A stretch of 64,000 bases of DNA, taken from positions 63,240,001 to 63,304,000 of the forward strand of contig OZ024742.1 of assembly GCA_964016885.1 (NCBI GenBank), in the 5' to 3' direction. Each line of letters begins with the position of its first letter. The first letter of the stretch is position 1. This document shows positions 43,520 to 57,498 of this stretch, in pieces. The translations under genes were made by a program, and so were the position numbers. Below the pieces are notes generated by a model. That model was not told the origin of the DNA. It ran no database searches and saw only the letters and a list, made by a program, of their open reading frames with translations. The DNA is from Eledone cirrhosa. Its lineage: Eukaryota.

Positions 43520-44150
43520 ATTGTTATACTTGGGGAGGGTCATATTTATGTAATAATATTGCCAGAATTAATAACAGAACACACTCACTGTTTGGTTGGT
43601 TTTCGCTTCTGTGTCTTTTATATCGGTTAATTTAATTTATTCGGTCCTCAATGTTACCATTGACTGACCAACGGTCAAAAATACAGATACAATATAGATA
43701 CAAACACATATATAATTCTAACAAAGTTCTTTCGTTGCACATCTGAAACATCGTCAGTGGTGCTATTATGTTTTCTCCCGTTGTATTGTATGCCTACGCC
43801 ATCTTTATTTAGTCTGTTTATTTTTTTTTTGTCTTCTCTGCGCATGCGTTTGCGTGTGTGTATAGTGTTTTGACTGTGTATTGGTTATTGTATTCTAGTT
43901 TACTAGTGTGTGTTTATATGGGTTTGTTGTTATTGTGCTTGTGTATGTATTTATTTATTTATTTATACTTCTCTTAGGTCAGTGTTGTTTGTTTGAGTGT
44001 TGTTATTTCATTCATTTTTTCTGTTTAGCCTTGGCCTTCTAAATTCTATTTCGCTGGCCTCTTTGATTTGCCTATCTGCTGGGTCATTTCTATGTTTAGA
44101 TATTATTCTAATTTCTATGTTGTCTATGTTACCGTCGTGTTGTTGTCTGA
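43520..44150 (-). mobile_element. Truncated copy of the same PLE family (GIY-YIG C-terminus + 3' terminus)
   Basis: QQHDGNIDNIEIRIISKHRNDPADRQIKEASEIE is nearly identical to the 8927 ORF. (TA)n on both sides. Confidence 0.92.
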
Positions 44151-44895
44151 CATATATATATATTGGAAAATGTGTGAAATTCTTGCTACAGATTAGATCT
44201 ACCAAACCAAATTGTAAAATTATAATATTATTAAATTATGTCCCTTTACAATCTTAGTTCAAATTCCGCCGAGGTTGACTTTGCCTTTCATCCTTACGGG
44301 GTCGATAAAATAAAGTACCAGTAATGCACTGGGTAATTGCTGGCCTTGTGCCTAAAGTAGAAACAATTATTAAATTAAATTAAATCGTTTAGAACTATAA
44401 GTGATATATTCACATACATTCACACAATACACACTGACACACACGGATTCACGAACATACAGATCCATATTGAAACACTCATGCATAGGTGCATGATCAG
44501 GCACTCACACCTACACGCATATACACATACACACACATTCACACACCCATATTCAGACGCACACATGCACATATACACATTCACACATACATTGTTGCAT
44601 GCTCAGATATACCTACTCACATAGACACATACATGCATACATAGACACATACATGTACACATAGACACATACATGCACACACAAAATTACACACATATTC
44701 ACACACATATATACACACTCACATATTCAGATGCATATATGCATATATACACACACACGCGCGCACACATTCACACATACATAGTTGCATGCTCAGACAC
44801 GCCAGTCAACTACAGCAGACACCACGAGGAGATATGGCCTACTCAAATATTATTATTGTTTATAAAAAAAGCATTATTGTTTATATAAGCCTGCG

Positions 44896-46473
44896 TTGTT
44901 GTCGTTGGTGGTGGTGGTGGTGGTGGTGGTGGTGGTGGTGGTGGTGGTGGTGGTGGTGGTGGTGGTGACGGTGGTGGTGCTGTTGGTGGTGGTGGTGGTG
45001 GTGGTGGTGGTGGTGGTGGTGATGGTGGTGGTGGTGGTGGTGGTGTTGGTGGTGGTGGTGGTGGTGTTGGTGGTGGTGGTGGTGGTGGTGGTGACGGTGG
45101 TGGTGCTGTTGGTGGTGGTGGTGGTTGTGGTGGTGGTGGTGATGGTGGTGGTGGTGGTGTTGGTGTTGGTGGTGGTGGTGGTGGTGGTGGTGGTGACGGT
45201 GGTGGTGCTGTTGGTGGTGGTGGTGGTTGTGATGGTGGTGGTGATGGTGGTGGTGGTTGTGGTGTTGGTGGTGTTGTTGGTGGTGGTGGTGGTGTTGGTG
45301 GGTGGTGTTGGTGGTGGTGGTGTTGTTGTTGTTGGTGGTGGTGGTGGTGTTGTTGGTGTTGGTGGTGGCTGTGGTGTTGGTGGTGGTGCTGTTGGTGGTT
45401 GTGTTGGTGGTGGTGGTGGTGGTGTTGGTGGTGTTGGTGGAAGTGGTGGTGGTGGTGGTGGTGGTGGTGGTGGTGTTGGTGGTGGTGGTGGTGGTTGTGT
45501 CGGCAGTGTCGTTGTTGTTGCTGTTGGTGTTGGTGGTGTTTGTGGTGGTGTTGGTGGTGGTGGTGTTGGTGTTGGTGGGTGGTGTTGGTGGTGGTGGTGT
45601 TGTTGTTGTTGGTGGTGGTGGTGGTGTTGTTGGTGTTGGTGGTGGCTGTGGTGTTGGTGGTGGTGCTGTTGGTGGTTGTGTTGGTGGTGGTGGTGGTGGT
45701 AGTGGTGGTTGTGGTGGTTGTGGTGGTGGTGGTGGTGTTGGTGGTGTTGGTGGTAGTGGTGGTGGTGGTGGTGGTGGTGTTGGTGGTGGTGGTGGTGGTT
45801 GTGTCGGCAGTGTCGTTGTTGTTGCTGTTGGTGTTGGTGGTGTTTGTGGTGGTGTTGGTGGTGGTGGTGTTGGTGGTGTTGGTGGTGGTGGTGTTGTTGG
45901 TGGTGGTGGTGTTGTTGGTGTTGGTGGTGGTTGTGGTGGTGGTGGTGGTGGTGTTGGTGGCCGTGGTGTTGGTGGTGGTGGTGTTGGTGGTGGTCGTGGT
46001 CGTGGTCGTGGTGTTGGTGTTGGTGGTGTTGGTGGTGTTGGTGGTAGTGGTGGTGGTGATGGTGGTGGTGGTGGTGGTTGTGTCGGCAGTGTCGTTGTTG
46101 TTGCTGTTGGTGTTGGTGGTGTTGGTGGTAGTGTTGGTGGTGTTGGTGGTGGTGCTGGTGGTGGTTGTGGTAGTGTTGGTGGTGTTGGTGATGGTGGTGG
46201 TGGTGATGGTGGTGTCGGCAGTGTCGTTGTTGTTGTCGCTCTTGTTGTTGTTGGTGTTGTTGTTGTTGGTGTTGTTGTTGTTGTTGTTTTTGTTTGTGGT
46301 GGTGGTGGTTATTTTGGCAGTGTTGTTGTTGTTGTTGTTGTTTTTGTTTGTGGTGGTTATGTTGGCAGTGTTGTTGGTGTTGTTGTTGTTGGTGGTGGTG
46401 GTGGTGGCTATGTTGGCAGTGGTGTTGTTGTTGTTGTTGTTGTTGTTGTTGGTGGTGGTGGTTATGTTGGCAG

Positions 46474-46520
<47 letters not shown>

Positions 46521-46532
46521 ATGTTGGCAGTG

Positions 46533-46564
<32 letters not shown>

Positions 46565-46578
46565 GGCTATGTTGGCAG

Positions 46579-46627
<49 letters not shown>

Positions 46628-46646
46628 GGTTATGTTGGCAGTGTTG

Positions 46647-46678
<32 letters not shown>

Positions 46679-46706
46679 GGTGGTGGTGGTTATGTTGGCA
46701 GTGTTG

Positions 46707-46738
<32 letters not shown>

Positions 46739-46752
46739 GGTTATGTTGGTAG

Positions 46753-46783
<31 letters not shown>

Positions 46784-46940
46784 GGTGGTGGTGGTGGTGG
46801 TGGTGGTTATGTTGGCAGTGGTGTTGGTGTTGTTGTTGTTGGTGGTGGTGGTGGTGGTGGTGGTGGTTATGTTGCCAGTGTTGTTGGTGTTGTTGTTGTT
46901 GTTGGTGGTGGTGGTGGCTATGTTGGCAGTGTTGTTGTTG

Positions 46941-46972
<32 letters not shown>

Positions 46973-47600
46973 GGTGGTGATGGTAGTGTCGGCAGTGTCG
47001 TTGTTGTTGCCGTTGTTATTGTTGGTGTTGTTGTTGTTGTTGTTGGTGGTGGAGGTGGTTGTTGTTATGTTGGCAGTGTTGTTGGTGTTGTTTGTGGTGG
47101 TGATGCTGTTAGTATCGGCAGTGTTGTTGGTGTTGTTGTTGGTGGTGGTGATGTTGTTGTTTGTGGTGGTGGTGGTTGTGTCGGCAGTGTTGTTGCTGTT
47201 GTTGTTGGTGGTGTTGTTGTTTTGTGGTGGTGCTGCTGTTGGTGGTGAGATTGTTGTTTTTGTTGGTGGGTGTGGTGGTTGTGTCGGCAATGTTCTTGGT
47301 GTTGGTGTTGCTGTTGTTGGTGGTTTTGTTGTTGTTGTTGGTGCTGTTGTTTTTTTTCATGGTGCCGCAGTTGGTGGTGGTATTGGTGTTGTTAGTGTTG
47401 TTCTTGATGGTGGTGGTTGTGTCAGCAGCGTTGTTGGTTTTTGTGTTGCTGTTGTTGGTGGTGTTGTTGTTATTGTTGGCATTCTTGGTCGTGTTTTTGA
47501 TGGTGATGTTAGTGTTGTTGGTGTTGGTAGTGTTGTTGTTGGTGGTTTTGATGTTATTGTTGGTGATATTGCTGAAATTTTGCTGTTGGTGTTGCTATTG
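44896..47600. repeat. (GGT)/(GTT) array with higher-order units
   Basis: Recurring TATGTTGGCAGT-(GTT)n-(GGT)n and GTGTCGGCAGTGTC landmarks. Confidence 0.95.
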
Positions 47601-48029
47601 ATGTTGTTTAGCTCCAGGTTGGCTTTGATCGAGCTGACTTATTTTCAAAGAAGTTCCAGCCGTGCTATTTTCAGACCATCTTATCTAAGACTACATTATC
47701 TAATATGCTCTGTCGCAAAATACTATAGTATTATCTTGTTTGTTCTAGAGGAAGATTTGACGGCATTTTCTCGCTGGTCAATCGATCAGGTGGCGGCTTA
47801 CCTTTGTGTACATAGATATGTATAATAATAATTGTTTCTACTTCAGGCACAAGGCCAGCAATTTGAAGGGACAGTGAAAGTCGAGTAAATCGATTCAAGT
47901 GTACTACTGGTACTTTATTTTGTCGACTCCGTAAGATGAAAAGCAAAACTAATCTCGGCGGGATTTGAACTCAAAACCCAAAGGGCCGTAACTCTATTCT
48001 ACGAAGCATGGTGTCCGACGCTCTAATGA

Positions 48030-48830
48030 AGCAGAACGCAGTAAGTAACTGCAGAATATGTAGAGCTGGGGTAGAAACAATTAACCATATTGTGTCTGTC
48101 TGCCCATTCTTTTATTGAAGCAACCAATGATTGGATGATGTAAGTAGTAAACTACACGAAATTAGCAAAAAGCTTTAATCCGTTATAAAAGAAAGCACCA
48201 AATATAAACGGGGAATAAATCTGAACACAGCTGTAACACAGCTCTACCACCTATAATGGCAGCCACAAAAAAATAGAGCAAAGGAAGCAGACTTTCGGCA
48301 GATGAAGACGAAATGGCAAAATAAACCTTACATAGCCAGTACTTGACTGGAACCATGCAAGCTGATGTAAACAAATCTCAGACATATCAGCGGCTACGTA
48401 GTTTAGGGCTGAAAGCCGAAATAGGTTTCATATTAGCTGCACAAACCCAAAGCCCAGCAATAAAATATTATCAGGCAAACGTATTGGGGAAAAAAATAAT
48501 AATTTAAAATGCAGGTTCTACGAGAGAAATACTGAAACAGTGGATCATCTAATAACTTCTTGTAACGCCATAGCACTATCTGAAAACAAAAAAGAGACAT
48601 GACAGGGTGGGAGAGTACATCCATGGGAAAATATGTAAATTCTATGGAAAGAAACAACGAAAAACTGGTATCAACACTATCAAGATCCGGTAATAGAAAT
48701 TGGTATTTTGGGAATACTGTGGGATTTCACAATACACACTGACAGGACAATCAAAGCCAATGAACCAGATATCATAATACAAGATGAAAACAACAAAATG
48801 TGCTTCATTGTAGACATGGCAGTACCTGCT
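48030..48830 (+). pseudogene. Old degenerate R4/Dong-like zinc-knuckle/RLE fragment
   Basis: ILWDFTIHTDRTIKANEPDIIIQDENNKMCFIVDMAVP, with ETINHIVSVCP-like remnants upstream. Confidence 0.75.
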
Positions 48831-49140
48831 GCCCCCAGTACATTTACTAAAAGGTGGGTGAATGTGGCGAGAATGGCTCGTGTGAATGGGTCTACTCTGA
48901 GCCTGCGCATGTAGGCTGGTTGATTTGAACAGGAGAGGGGTGCCTTTCCCTGGTGCCCTCGAAGCGTCGGGTGGTTCAGTGGGGTACTTGAGTCGCCCCT
49001 GAGTGGAAATTTATTTTGTTGTAATCTTATTGTTATTTTAATATTGTTATCTTCGCTTTGTACTCAATTTTATTGTAAACCCCCACTGTCCCTGTCTTTA
49101 TATTGTCCCCTATTTGTAGGCCCTTGTGGCCAATAAAGAA
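48830..49140 (+). mobile_element. Possible 3' end of a Tx1/L1-like LINE
   Basis: FTKRWVNVARM…* C-terminus, T-rich UTR, AATAAA immediately before (ATT)n. Confidence 0.4.
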
Positions 49141-49176
<36 letters not shown>

Positions 49177-49177
<1 letters not shown>

Positions 49178-50739
49178 TTTGAGTCTCAGTCATTGATGTT
49201 AGTTAACTGGAAAGTTTGTTGAAATGAATATCAAGCCACTACCTGCTGCCTCAGATATTCAGGACGTATCGGAGGGTTCTTGCTGTTCCCAGCAAGCATG
49301 CCTTTTGAAGCGTTCCAAAAAGCGTGAAGAGGCCAATTTTCTTTAACCATCCCTGGAAACATTTTGAGATAGTACCTAGTGCGCCTATGACAATCGGGAC
49401 CACTTTGACTTCATGGCAGTTCCAAATCCTTTTTACCTCCCACTTTAAGTCCTGGTATCGGTTAATTTTCTCCCTCTCCTTCTCTTGCACTCTCGTGTCG
49501 AATGGGCAGGCCACATCCACAATCAGGCACGATCTTTTTTCTTTGTCCACAACTACCAGGTCAGGTCTATTGTGTTCCAGTTTCTTGTCCGTCTGTATCC
49601 TAAAATCCCACAGCACCTTCACCTGATCGTTTTCTATCACCGCCTCTGGCTTATGCTCATACCACTTCTCAGAATGTGGTAAATTGTTTACTTTGCATAG
49701 GTGCCAGTGGATCACCCTGCCCATCACATCATGTCTCCAGCCCTTATAGTGAGTCTGGGCTAGGTGTTTACACTCGGATACAATGTGAGCCACAGTCTCC
49801 TCTCTCTCTCCACAGATCCTGCACAGTGGGCTAGCCTCCTCCTTGTAAATGTGGTGTTTCAACCACTTCGTTTTGAGGGCCTGCTCCTGCGCAGCAATTA
49901 ACATTCCTTCTGTAGCCTTTTTAAGGTCTCCTCTTTTCAACCAGTTCCATGTCTGTGGATCTCTAAATTCAGTTTTCTCAAAGAAGGTACTATGAAGGGA
50001 TTTTTCCTGAAGGCTGCTCTTTCTCCTTGATGTTATTTCCTCCTTGGACATCCCCTGGCCTATTGTCCCCTCCTTCAGTACAACTCTGAGCATTGGCTCC
50101 TTACTATCAGTCACGTATTTGTGTAGGTTGTTTTTCTCCATCTGAACACAGTCCTCTATGCTGATAAGACCTCTTCCACCCTCAGATCTCCTTAAGAAGA
50201 GTCTATCGACATCACTCCTCTTGTGGAACATGTTGTAGATAGTCAATAGCTTCCTAGTCTTCCTATCCATTTCTTTTTGTTCAGCAACATTCCATCTCAG
50301 AATTCCCGCACTGTACCTAATAATAGACACAGCTCGGGTAAGTTCTCCCTTTCCCAACCTGTATCCTGCTCTCACTTTTCGCAGTACACTGGTCAGGGGC
50401 ATCAGGGCAAGGACAAACAACAGAGGGGACATACTATCTCCCTGGAAGATACCTCTCTTGATCTTCACGTTTCCCAAGGATTCTCCAGTTGATGTTAACT
50501 CTGTTTCCCAGGACTTCATACTTTTGTCCAACAACTGCCTGATGTTATCTGCCACCTTGAAGATCTCCAGGCTTTTGGTGATCCAAGAATGAGGCACCAT
50601 GTCAAATGCCTTTTTGTAGTCTATCCATCCCATGGCAAGACCAGTGTGTCTCCTCTTGCAATTCCTCATTACCATCTTATCAATAAGTAACTGGTCCTTT
50701 GTACCACGTGACTTCTTTCGGCATCCTTTCTGTTCGTCC

Positions 50740-50740
<1 letters not shown>
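49177..50740 (-). mobile_element. R4/Dong-like RLE non-LTR retrotransposon in (TAA)n, with internal RT deletion
   Basis: [41 protein letters not shown]…[21 protein letters not shown]…DVACP…KINRY. (ATT)n on both sides. The ORF's poly-M/poly-I start is just microsatellite. Confidence 0.93.
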
Positions 50741-50801
<61 letters not shown>

Positions 50802-50806
50802 GATCC

Positions 50807-50843
<37 letters not shown>

Positions 50844-51114
50844 TAAAAAAACAGAGAAGAGCGCCAGATTGGCAGAATCGTTAGAGCATCGGACAAAATG
50901 CTTTGTGGTGTTTAGTCCCTTTATGTTCTGAGTTAAATCCTACCAATCTTGCATTTTATCGTTCTGGGTTCGATAAAATAAAGTACCAGTAAAGTACTGG
51001 AGTCATTATAATGAACTTTCCCCTTCCCCGCCAAATTGCTGGCCTTGAATCTAAATTAAAAGTGTAGGAAAGAGAAGCAGATTACTATATTGTTATTAAA
51101 ATGACACTTATGAC

Positions 51115-51400
51115 ACTTTCTCCAGTGACAACATGGTGTATTCAGCGACAGAACCAGGCTTCCTTGCTCGACAAGCCAAAGTGGTGTTAAAATATCATCC
51201 GTTCTCCGGTAGGTTTGTTATTGAACCTGTAGCGGTGGAGACCTCCGGCGTTCTTGGGCCTCAGAGCACCTTCATACTCACTGCTATCAGGGCGGAGTTG
51301 GTCACACGTAGAAACGAACTCCGCAAGTTCGAACAGCAATTTCAACGTATCACCCTCGCCATCCTTCGGAGCAAAGCTTTTCCATTCTGTCCGCTGAGAC
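51115..51400 (+). pseudogene. CRE-like non-LTR element, RLE-domain C-terminus
   Basis: KY…F.IEPVAVETSGVLGP…FQRITLAILRSKA matches the P.A.ET.G..G…QR.S.A..RGNA pattern. Confidence 0.72.
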
Positions 51401-52639
51401 CACGAGGCGGCTTGGGTGTTCTCCTACACCGTCAGGGCTCGTGTAATTAGGGTAGCGATGCTTGAGTATGCGTTCCCATACACATAAACGTATATATATT
51501 AATTACAAGACAAATATGAATATAAATTCCATTTATATAAAATACGATGCCTATACAATTTATGTAAAGTATAGGGGAATTGTTTTATTTACTAAATAGT
51601 AAAATGTTTGCTTCTCTCACATTTCAAGCCTAGTACAAGTGCTAGTTAAAAGTAACCAGACTGAGCTTAACAGCTAGTATTCTAAAAAAAATCACCCTAG
51701 ACATATATGTGGAACTATGGTAAATAAAAAAGAATCTATAATACAATTTTTCTTCTTCTTCTTCTTCTTCTTCTTCTTCTTCTTCTTCTTCTTCTTCTTC
51801 TTCTTCTTCTTCTTCTTCTTCTTCTTCTTCTTCTTCTTCTTCTTCTTCTTCTTCTTCTGGCTGAGTACTGAAGCTCACACATTACTGTACCAGGTCTACT
51901 TGGCGAATTCGTTCTTTTTTCCCCCTTTATTTCCATTCTTGACAGAAACTTCGACGCGCCGATATATGCTAAATATTATCGAATTACTGCCCCATTATTC
52001 TTCAAATAGTTTTCAATTACAGTCCAAATATACACAACACAGATTTAGGAACACACGTATACACGTACATACGTACACGCGTACACACAGAGTCAACAAT
52101 AGTACCAGCGCTGACGTTCAAACAAAAATGGCAACTAATCTGGCAGGAGAAAACACGAAGTCATATAAAAGTCCTTAACGTGAACTAATTACTGGAGGAT
52201 TCGATAATAAAATGGAGGTCACATGAGCAATTAGGTTTATCAGATGTGAGATAGCAGGATTAACTGAACTATGGTGGTTGTGGGAATATTAACCTTTTGG
52301 ATACCAATCCCCCGAAATTACCCTTGATTTTATGATACAAAACTGCCCATTTAAAAACATTCATATTCATATCAAAATATTCTACAATAATTTTATTGAA
52401 GAAATTGTCGTTAACGTCAGCTTACCAATGAAAAAGTACGTTATTTACCAAATTCCTTCAATTTTTTTTATCATTTTAAAATTAGCTAAACTACATAGTG
52501 TATTTCATTAGACATATGATCAGAAAAACGTTAACGTTTAACCTCAGTAAAGAACCAAGGAAAGGAGTCGATCATCAGATCAAAGAAACTATGTTTCCAT
52601 TGGTCTTTCCATTACTGATATTTTATGCTTGTCGCAGTT

Positions 52640-52810
52640 CCTGACGCTTCGGCGTCATTGTCGGTGAAATTGACACTGTCATCGACAAGCATAAGGTCGG
52701 TCAGAGATTTGTTGGCATCAAACTGTACACCGCTTCGTCCTTCGAAAGCTTGCCACATGATGCTGTCAATGATAGCATTGAACAGTATAGTTGATATGAA
52801 TCATTTTGAG
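52640..52810 (-). pseudogene. RTE-like RT fragment
   Basis: Minus strand reads ISTILFNAIIDSIMWQAFEGRSGVQF…LTDLMLVDD, resembling SP.LFN..ID…LTDL.FADD. Confidence 0.65.
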
Positions 52811-52919
52811 ATATGTAATAAATGACTGATCAGTTTCAAAAAGCCAGTACAAAGTGGAAGAAATACATAAAGGGTAAAGGATGACAAATAAAACAAAACT
52901 AAGTAATATTTTGTGCAGT

Positions 52920-53620
52920 ATGAATCTGCCCTTCTCTGTATAGAATGAGATCTCCCGGATGTGCAATAGATGTAACGAGGGTAGGGACAAACATACCAGC
53001 ATAATGGAATTCCAGAGAGTTCTCAACGAGAACGACTATTCTACTTCTCTTAACAAACAATGAAATGCCAATGCAGCAACACTTAAAAGAAGGAGGAAGA
53101 CACGCGTCCCTAGAGATAACATGTTATCTAAAGCTGCTGCATTTCAATGAGAAGACGACCGCTGCCATCAGACAAATCATCCGTAAGGAGGGTCTGAATA
53201 TACAGCTGGAACACTCAAGACCCTCATTGAGGGGACAGCTCCAGAGACACCGGCCTACATACAGCGATATGTACACACTTCCTAATTGTCCCGTCGACAA
53301 TGCAGATATGTGCATGATAGCATATGTAGTCTACAAGGTCACATGCACATAATTTAGCACGTCGTACATCAGAAGTACCGTCTGGATGCTGCATATACGG
53401 ATCAAGGAGTACATAACGGCGAATAGTTCTTCTGTGAAAAACCAACTTGAGAAGTGCCACGACCACGGAAAGGAACGACGGAAAGGAACATAGACAATTT
53501 AAGAATCAAAGAGGTTACATCATCACCCAGAAAAAAAAAAAAAAAAAAAGCACACAGATAAACTAATAGATTGCATTAAGCAAATTGGCTACTCTGACGA
53601 TTTCATGCATGCATATTTCA
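52920..53620 (+). pseudogene. Degenerate PLE linker/GIY-YIG fragment
   Basis: LPNCP…CMIAYVVYKVTCT*…SYIRST…LHIRIKEY resembles VVY…C..C…YIGST.R.L..R..EH. Confidence 0.7.
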
Positions 53621-53832
53621 GACGCGTAGACCAATTAAGGAAGAATTCATCGACCATTCGTTTTTGTTTTGGACCGTTTCTGTTGAACATTTGAAAATAG
53701 GGTATAGACCTGAAATATCATGTTGAAATAACTGGGTAAAATATAACTTTTTATTTTATTTGTCATCCTTTGCACTATATATTTCTATCACATTGTACTG
53801 GCTTTTTGAAACTTATCAGTCATATATATATA

Positions 53833-53922
<90 letters not shown>

Positions 53923-53927
<5 letters not shown>

Positions 53928-54772
53928 GGAAAAAATGAAACGAAATTTCATTTCCCACTCTTAGTACGGCTGTTACCTAAATATAAGTATGTACACGTAC
54001 ATACATATATGTATACAGACGTACAGTAGTATGTATATATATATATACATGCACACACATATATATATATGTACGTATGGATTCACCGAACATTTATTAT
54101 AATGCTCGGTGTGTTTGTAAACAAACATCCCGTATTAAGCCGTAGTGTCTAGCAACCATCGTTGCTCGTTTGTTCAACACTGACAAAGGAACGCTGTACT
54201 AGTTTCAAACTTATTAGCTATCGTCAGCAACGTATACCTTCCTGCCAGATTGTTGAACGTCTGAAAGCATATACTTTCCTTATGTATATTAACGGCTGAG
54301 TAGCCCAATTTGCATATCGAGTGGGTTAATCGGTTAAACTTATATTTAAGTAACAGCCGTACTAAGAGTGGGAAATGAAATTTCGTTTCATTTTTTCCGT
54401 TTATCGTTTTCGGTGCACCCGGCCGATTAACACCCACTCAATATGCAAATTGGGCTACTCAGCCGTTAATATGCATAAGGAAAGTATATGCTTTCAGACG
54501 TTCAACAATCTGGCAGGAAGGTATACGTTGCTGACGATAGCTAATAAGCTTGAAACTAGTACAGCGTTCCTTTGTCAGTGTTGAACAAACGAGCAACGAT
54601 GGTTGCTAGACACTACGGCTTAATACGGGATGTTTGTTTACAAACAAACCGAGCATTATAATAAATGTTCGGTGAATCCATACGTACATATATATATGTG
54701 TGTGCATGTATGTATATATATATATACATACTACTGTACGTCTGTATACATATATGTATGTACGTGTACATA

Positions 54773-54854
<82 letters not shown>

Positions 54855-54912
54855 TATGTATACGTATGTATACTAAGAGTGAGAAATGAAATTTCGTTTC
54901 ATTTTTTCCATT
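53923..54912. repeat. Inverted duplication of an unclassified ~410-bp repeat (another copy ~18058-18400)
   Basis: ~53985-54333 is mirrored by ~54423-54775. The terminal segment 53923-53985 is also mirrored at ~54339-54402 and partly at ~54865-54912. Confidence 0.85.
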
Positions 54913-54927
54913 TATATATATATATAT

Positions 54928-55273
54928 ATTGTTATACTTTGGGAGGGTCATGTTGCCAATAAGAAACATACGCATCAGTTGCTTTCACTTCAATTTATTA
55001 TAAATTAAATTTATAAATTTTGGAATTTATAAATTTCCGGTTGGTTGGTTCCACAACCAGACGATTGTTCATATATTGTCAAAGTTCTTTCGTCACACAT
55101 TCTGTGACCTCTTCAGTGACTGGGGATTCTTTTCTTTGTTTTTGTGCCCCTCTTTTGTTCTGTCCTACGCCATCTTGTTTTTGTGTGTGCTGTGTGCTTA
55201 GTTTGCGCATGTGTTACATCCGGGTGTCTGTGTGGTTTCAGATAAAGAATCTTGCTAAACAAATTCAGAAACG

Positions 55274-55275
<2 letters not shown>
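54928..55275 (-). mobile_element. Diverged relative of the same PLE terminus
   Basis: Shares the TTGTTATACTT(T/G)GGGAGGGTCAT end and a covarying hammerhead. (TA)n on both sides. Confidence 0.75.
55078..55120 (-). ncRNA. Minimal hammerhead motif
   Basis: GTCA-CTGAAGA-g-GTCACA gaatg TGTGAC-GAAA-GAACTT-TGAC. Confidence 0.8.
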
Positions 55276-55323
<48 letters not shown>

Positions 55324-55437
55324 TTATTTCTGTTATTTAATAAATATTTGCTCTACGGTTCTTATATATTTGATATATATTTATCCTTATCGAGCCCTCT
55401 TTGGATTTTAGTCTTCAATTTTATTATTATTACTATA

Positions 55438-55602
<165 letters not shown>

Positions 55603-56343
55603 CAATTAAGATAGCAGGCCGGATTCCAATATTTTCCTTTATTGTTGCACAATTACATCATGACGCATGACAATCGGTGACGTCATCAGATGTAATGAAC
55701 ATAAAAGATTTAGTTCAATTATCCCTTTGGGTTACACTAAAATATACACAAAGAATTTGGTAGGGAGGCTGACATTGTACTTAAATTAGAAAACAATAAT
55801 TATTTAACAAGTAACAAAAGAATACACACTATGGACAAACCTTATTGCAGTAAACTATGTAAAAAATCTTTCTGAAATCTTTCTGAAATCGTGAATTAGA
55901 TTAAGAGGTTGGGTATTCTACAGACACATGTAACATTAAGCAAATTCCCAAACACGCATTTGGAAGGGAAGAGTTTTTTTTTAATGTCATTTGAAGGAAA
56001 TTTGGCTGCTATATCTAATAGACCGAGTGACCACATAAAGGCTCCTTTGTCGAGCCGGTGTTAATGATGTTGTTAGTGTTTATAGAAGCAATAAATGTGT
56101 CATATTTCACTATAGATATTTAATAACTACTTGATATAAAAAGGCAAAGGCTATATAAATTACACCATATGTGTATATCTCTTAGAAAATCTACACCATT
56201 CACTACACCCTTATCTGACCTGACACAACATATCTCAATCTCTCCACCTTCCTACCCGTTTTCGAAAAACTTATCTCGTGTGTTATACACACACATACGT
56301 TCACACACACACACATATATATATATATGTGTATGTATGCATG

Positions 56344-56416
<73 letters not shown>

Positions 56417-56560
56417 GTACATTTGGGTTGACAAACACGAGAAAAAGAGTGCTCAATACCTAAGAGCGAATGATATAGTAGCTACACGCACAAGGACCTC
56501 ACAAAGTATATCGTAACTCATCATATACATGCCTACATACAGGCATACATACATAAATAC

Positions 56561-56813
56561 ATGGTGGCTGCCAACTCGTTTTCGAGTACGGCCACTACTT
56601 TATATCCTTGTAAGAGAACCCTTACTGATGCGCTGAACAAGTGTGACTTTTTAGTCCAGCCAGCGACTTGAAAACTCTGGTACAAACACTACACTTGTGA
56701 CAATTATTGACACACAGTGCTGGGCCCATGGTACCATGTGACGACAAGTGCAGAGAGATCTCCAGATATAAAGCAATGCCTGTGCCGTGAAGCTTTTATA
56801 GTGAGCAAAGGCA
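56561..56813 (-). mobile_element. ~600-bp repeat, partial copy
   Basis: Matches ~41987-42240, with (CATA)n on both sides. Confidence 0.78.
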
Positions 56814-56859
56814 CATACATACATACATACATACATACATACATACATACATACATACA

Positions 56860-56891
<32 letters not shown>

Positions 56892-57381
56892 GGCATACAT
56901 ACCTAATAAATACATACATACATACATACATAATACATACATAGATACATACATACATAATACATACATATATACATGCGCTTGGGTGTACCCGTGTGTG
57001 CAGTATTCGTAGATAGATAGATGCATTATATTCATAAATATACGCATACTAACATTCGGTAACGTATAAAGACACGCACGCACATCGACACACACACACG
57101 CTCGCTACGCACCCGCACACATATACATACACGCATGCGCGAACTCACACACATGTACATACACACACGTGCATTCCCACAAACCGTACGACTGTGAGCC
57201 AGCTAGTATGTGACTGCAGTGCAGTGTAGTGTAGTAAAGGTTTTCCAATCAAGCATGTGGCCTAGATAACGGATGTGTCTGAATACAACTCAGTAGCAGC
57301 TGTTGTTAAAACCACACACAAACACAGACACACAGACACAGACACAAACATACACATACATACATACACACACACACATGC

Positions 57382-57498
<117 letters not shown>

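Noticed and set aside
55670-55700. CTGATGA on the minus strand (also 11465 on +)
   Set aside because: No correctly placed GAAA or closing stems, so a chance heptamer.
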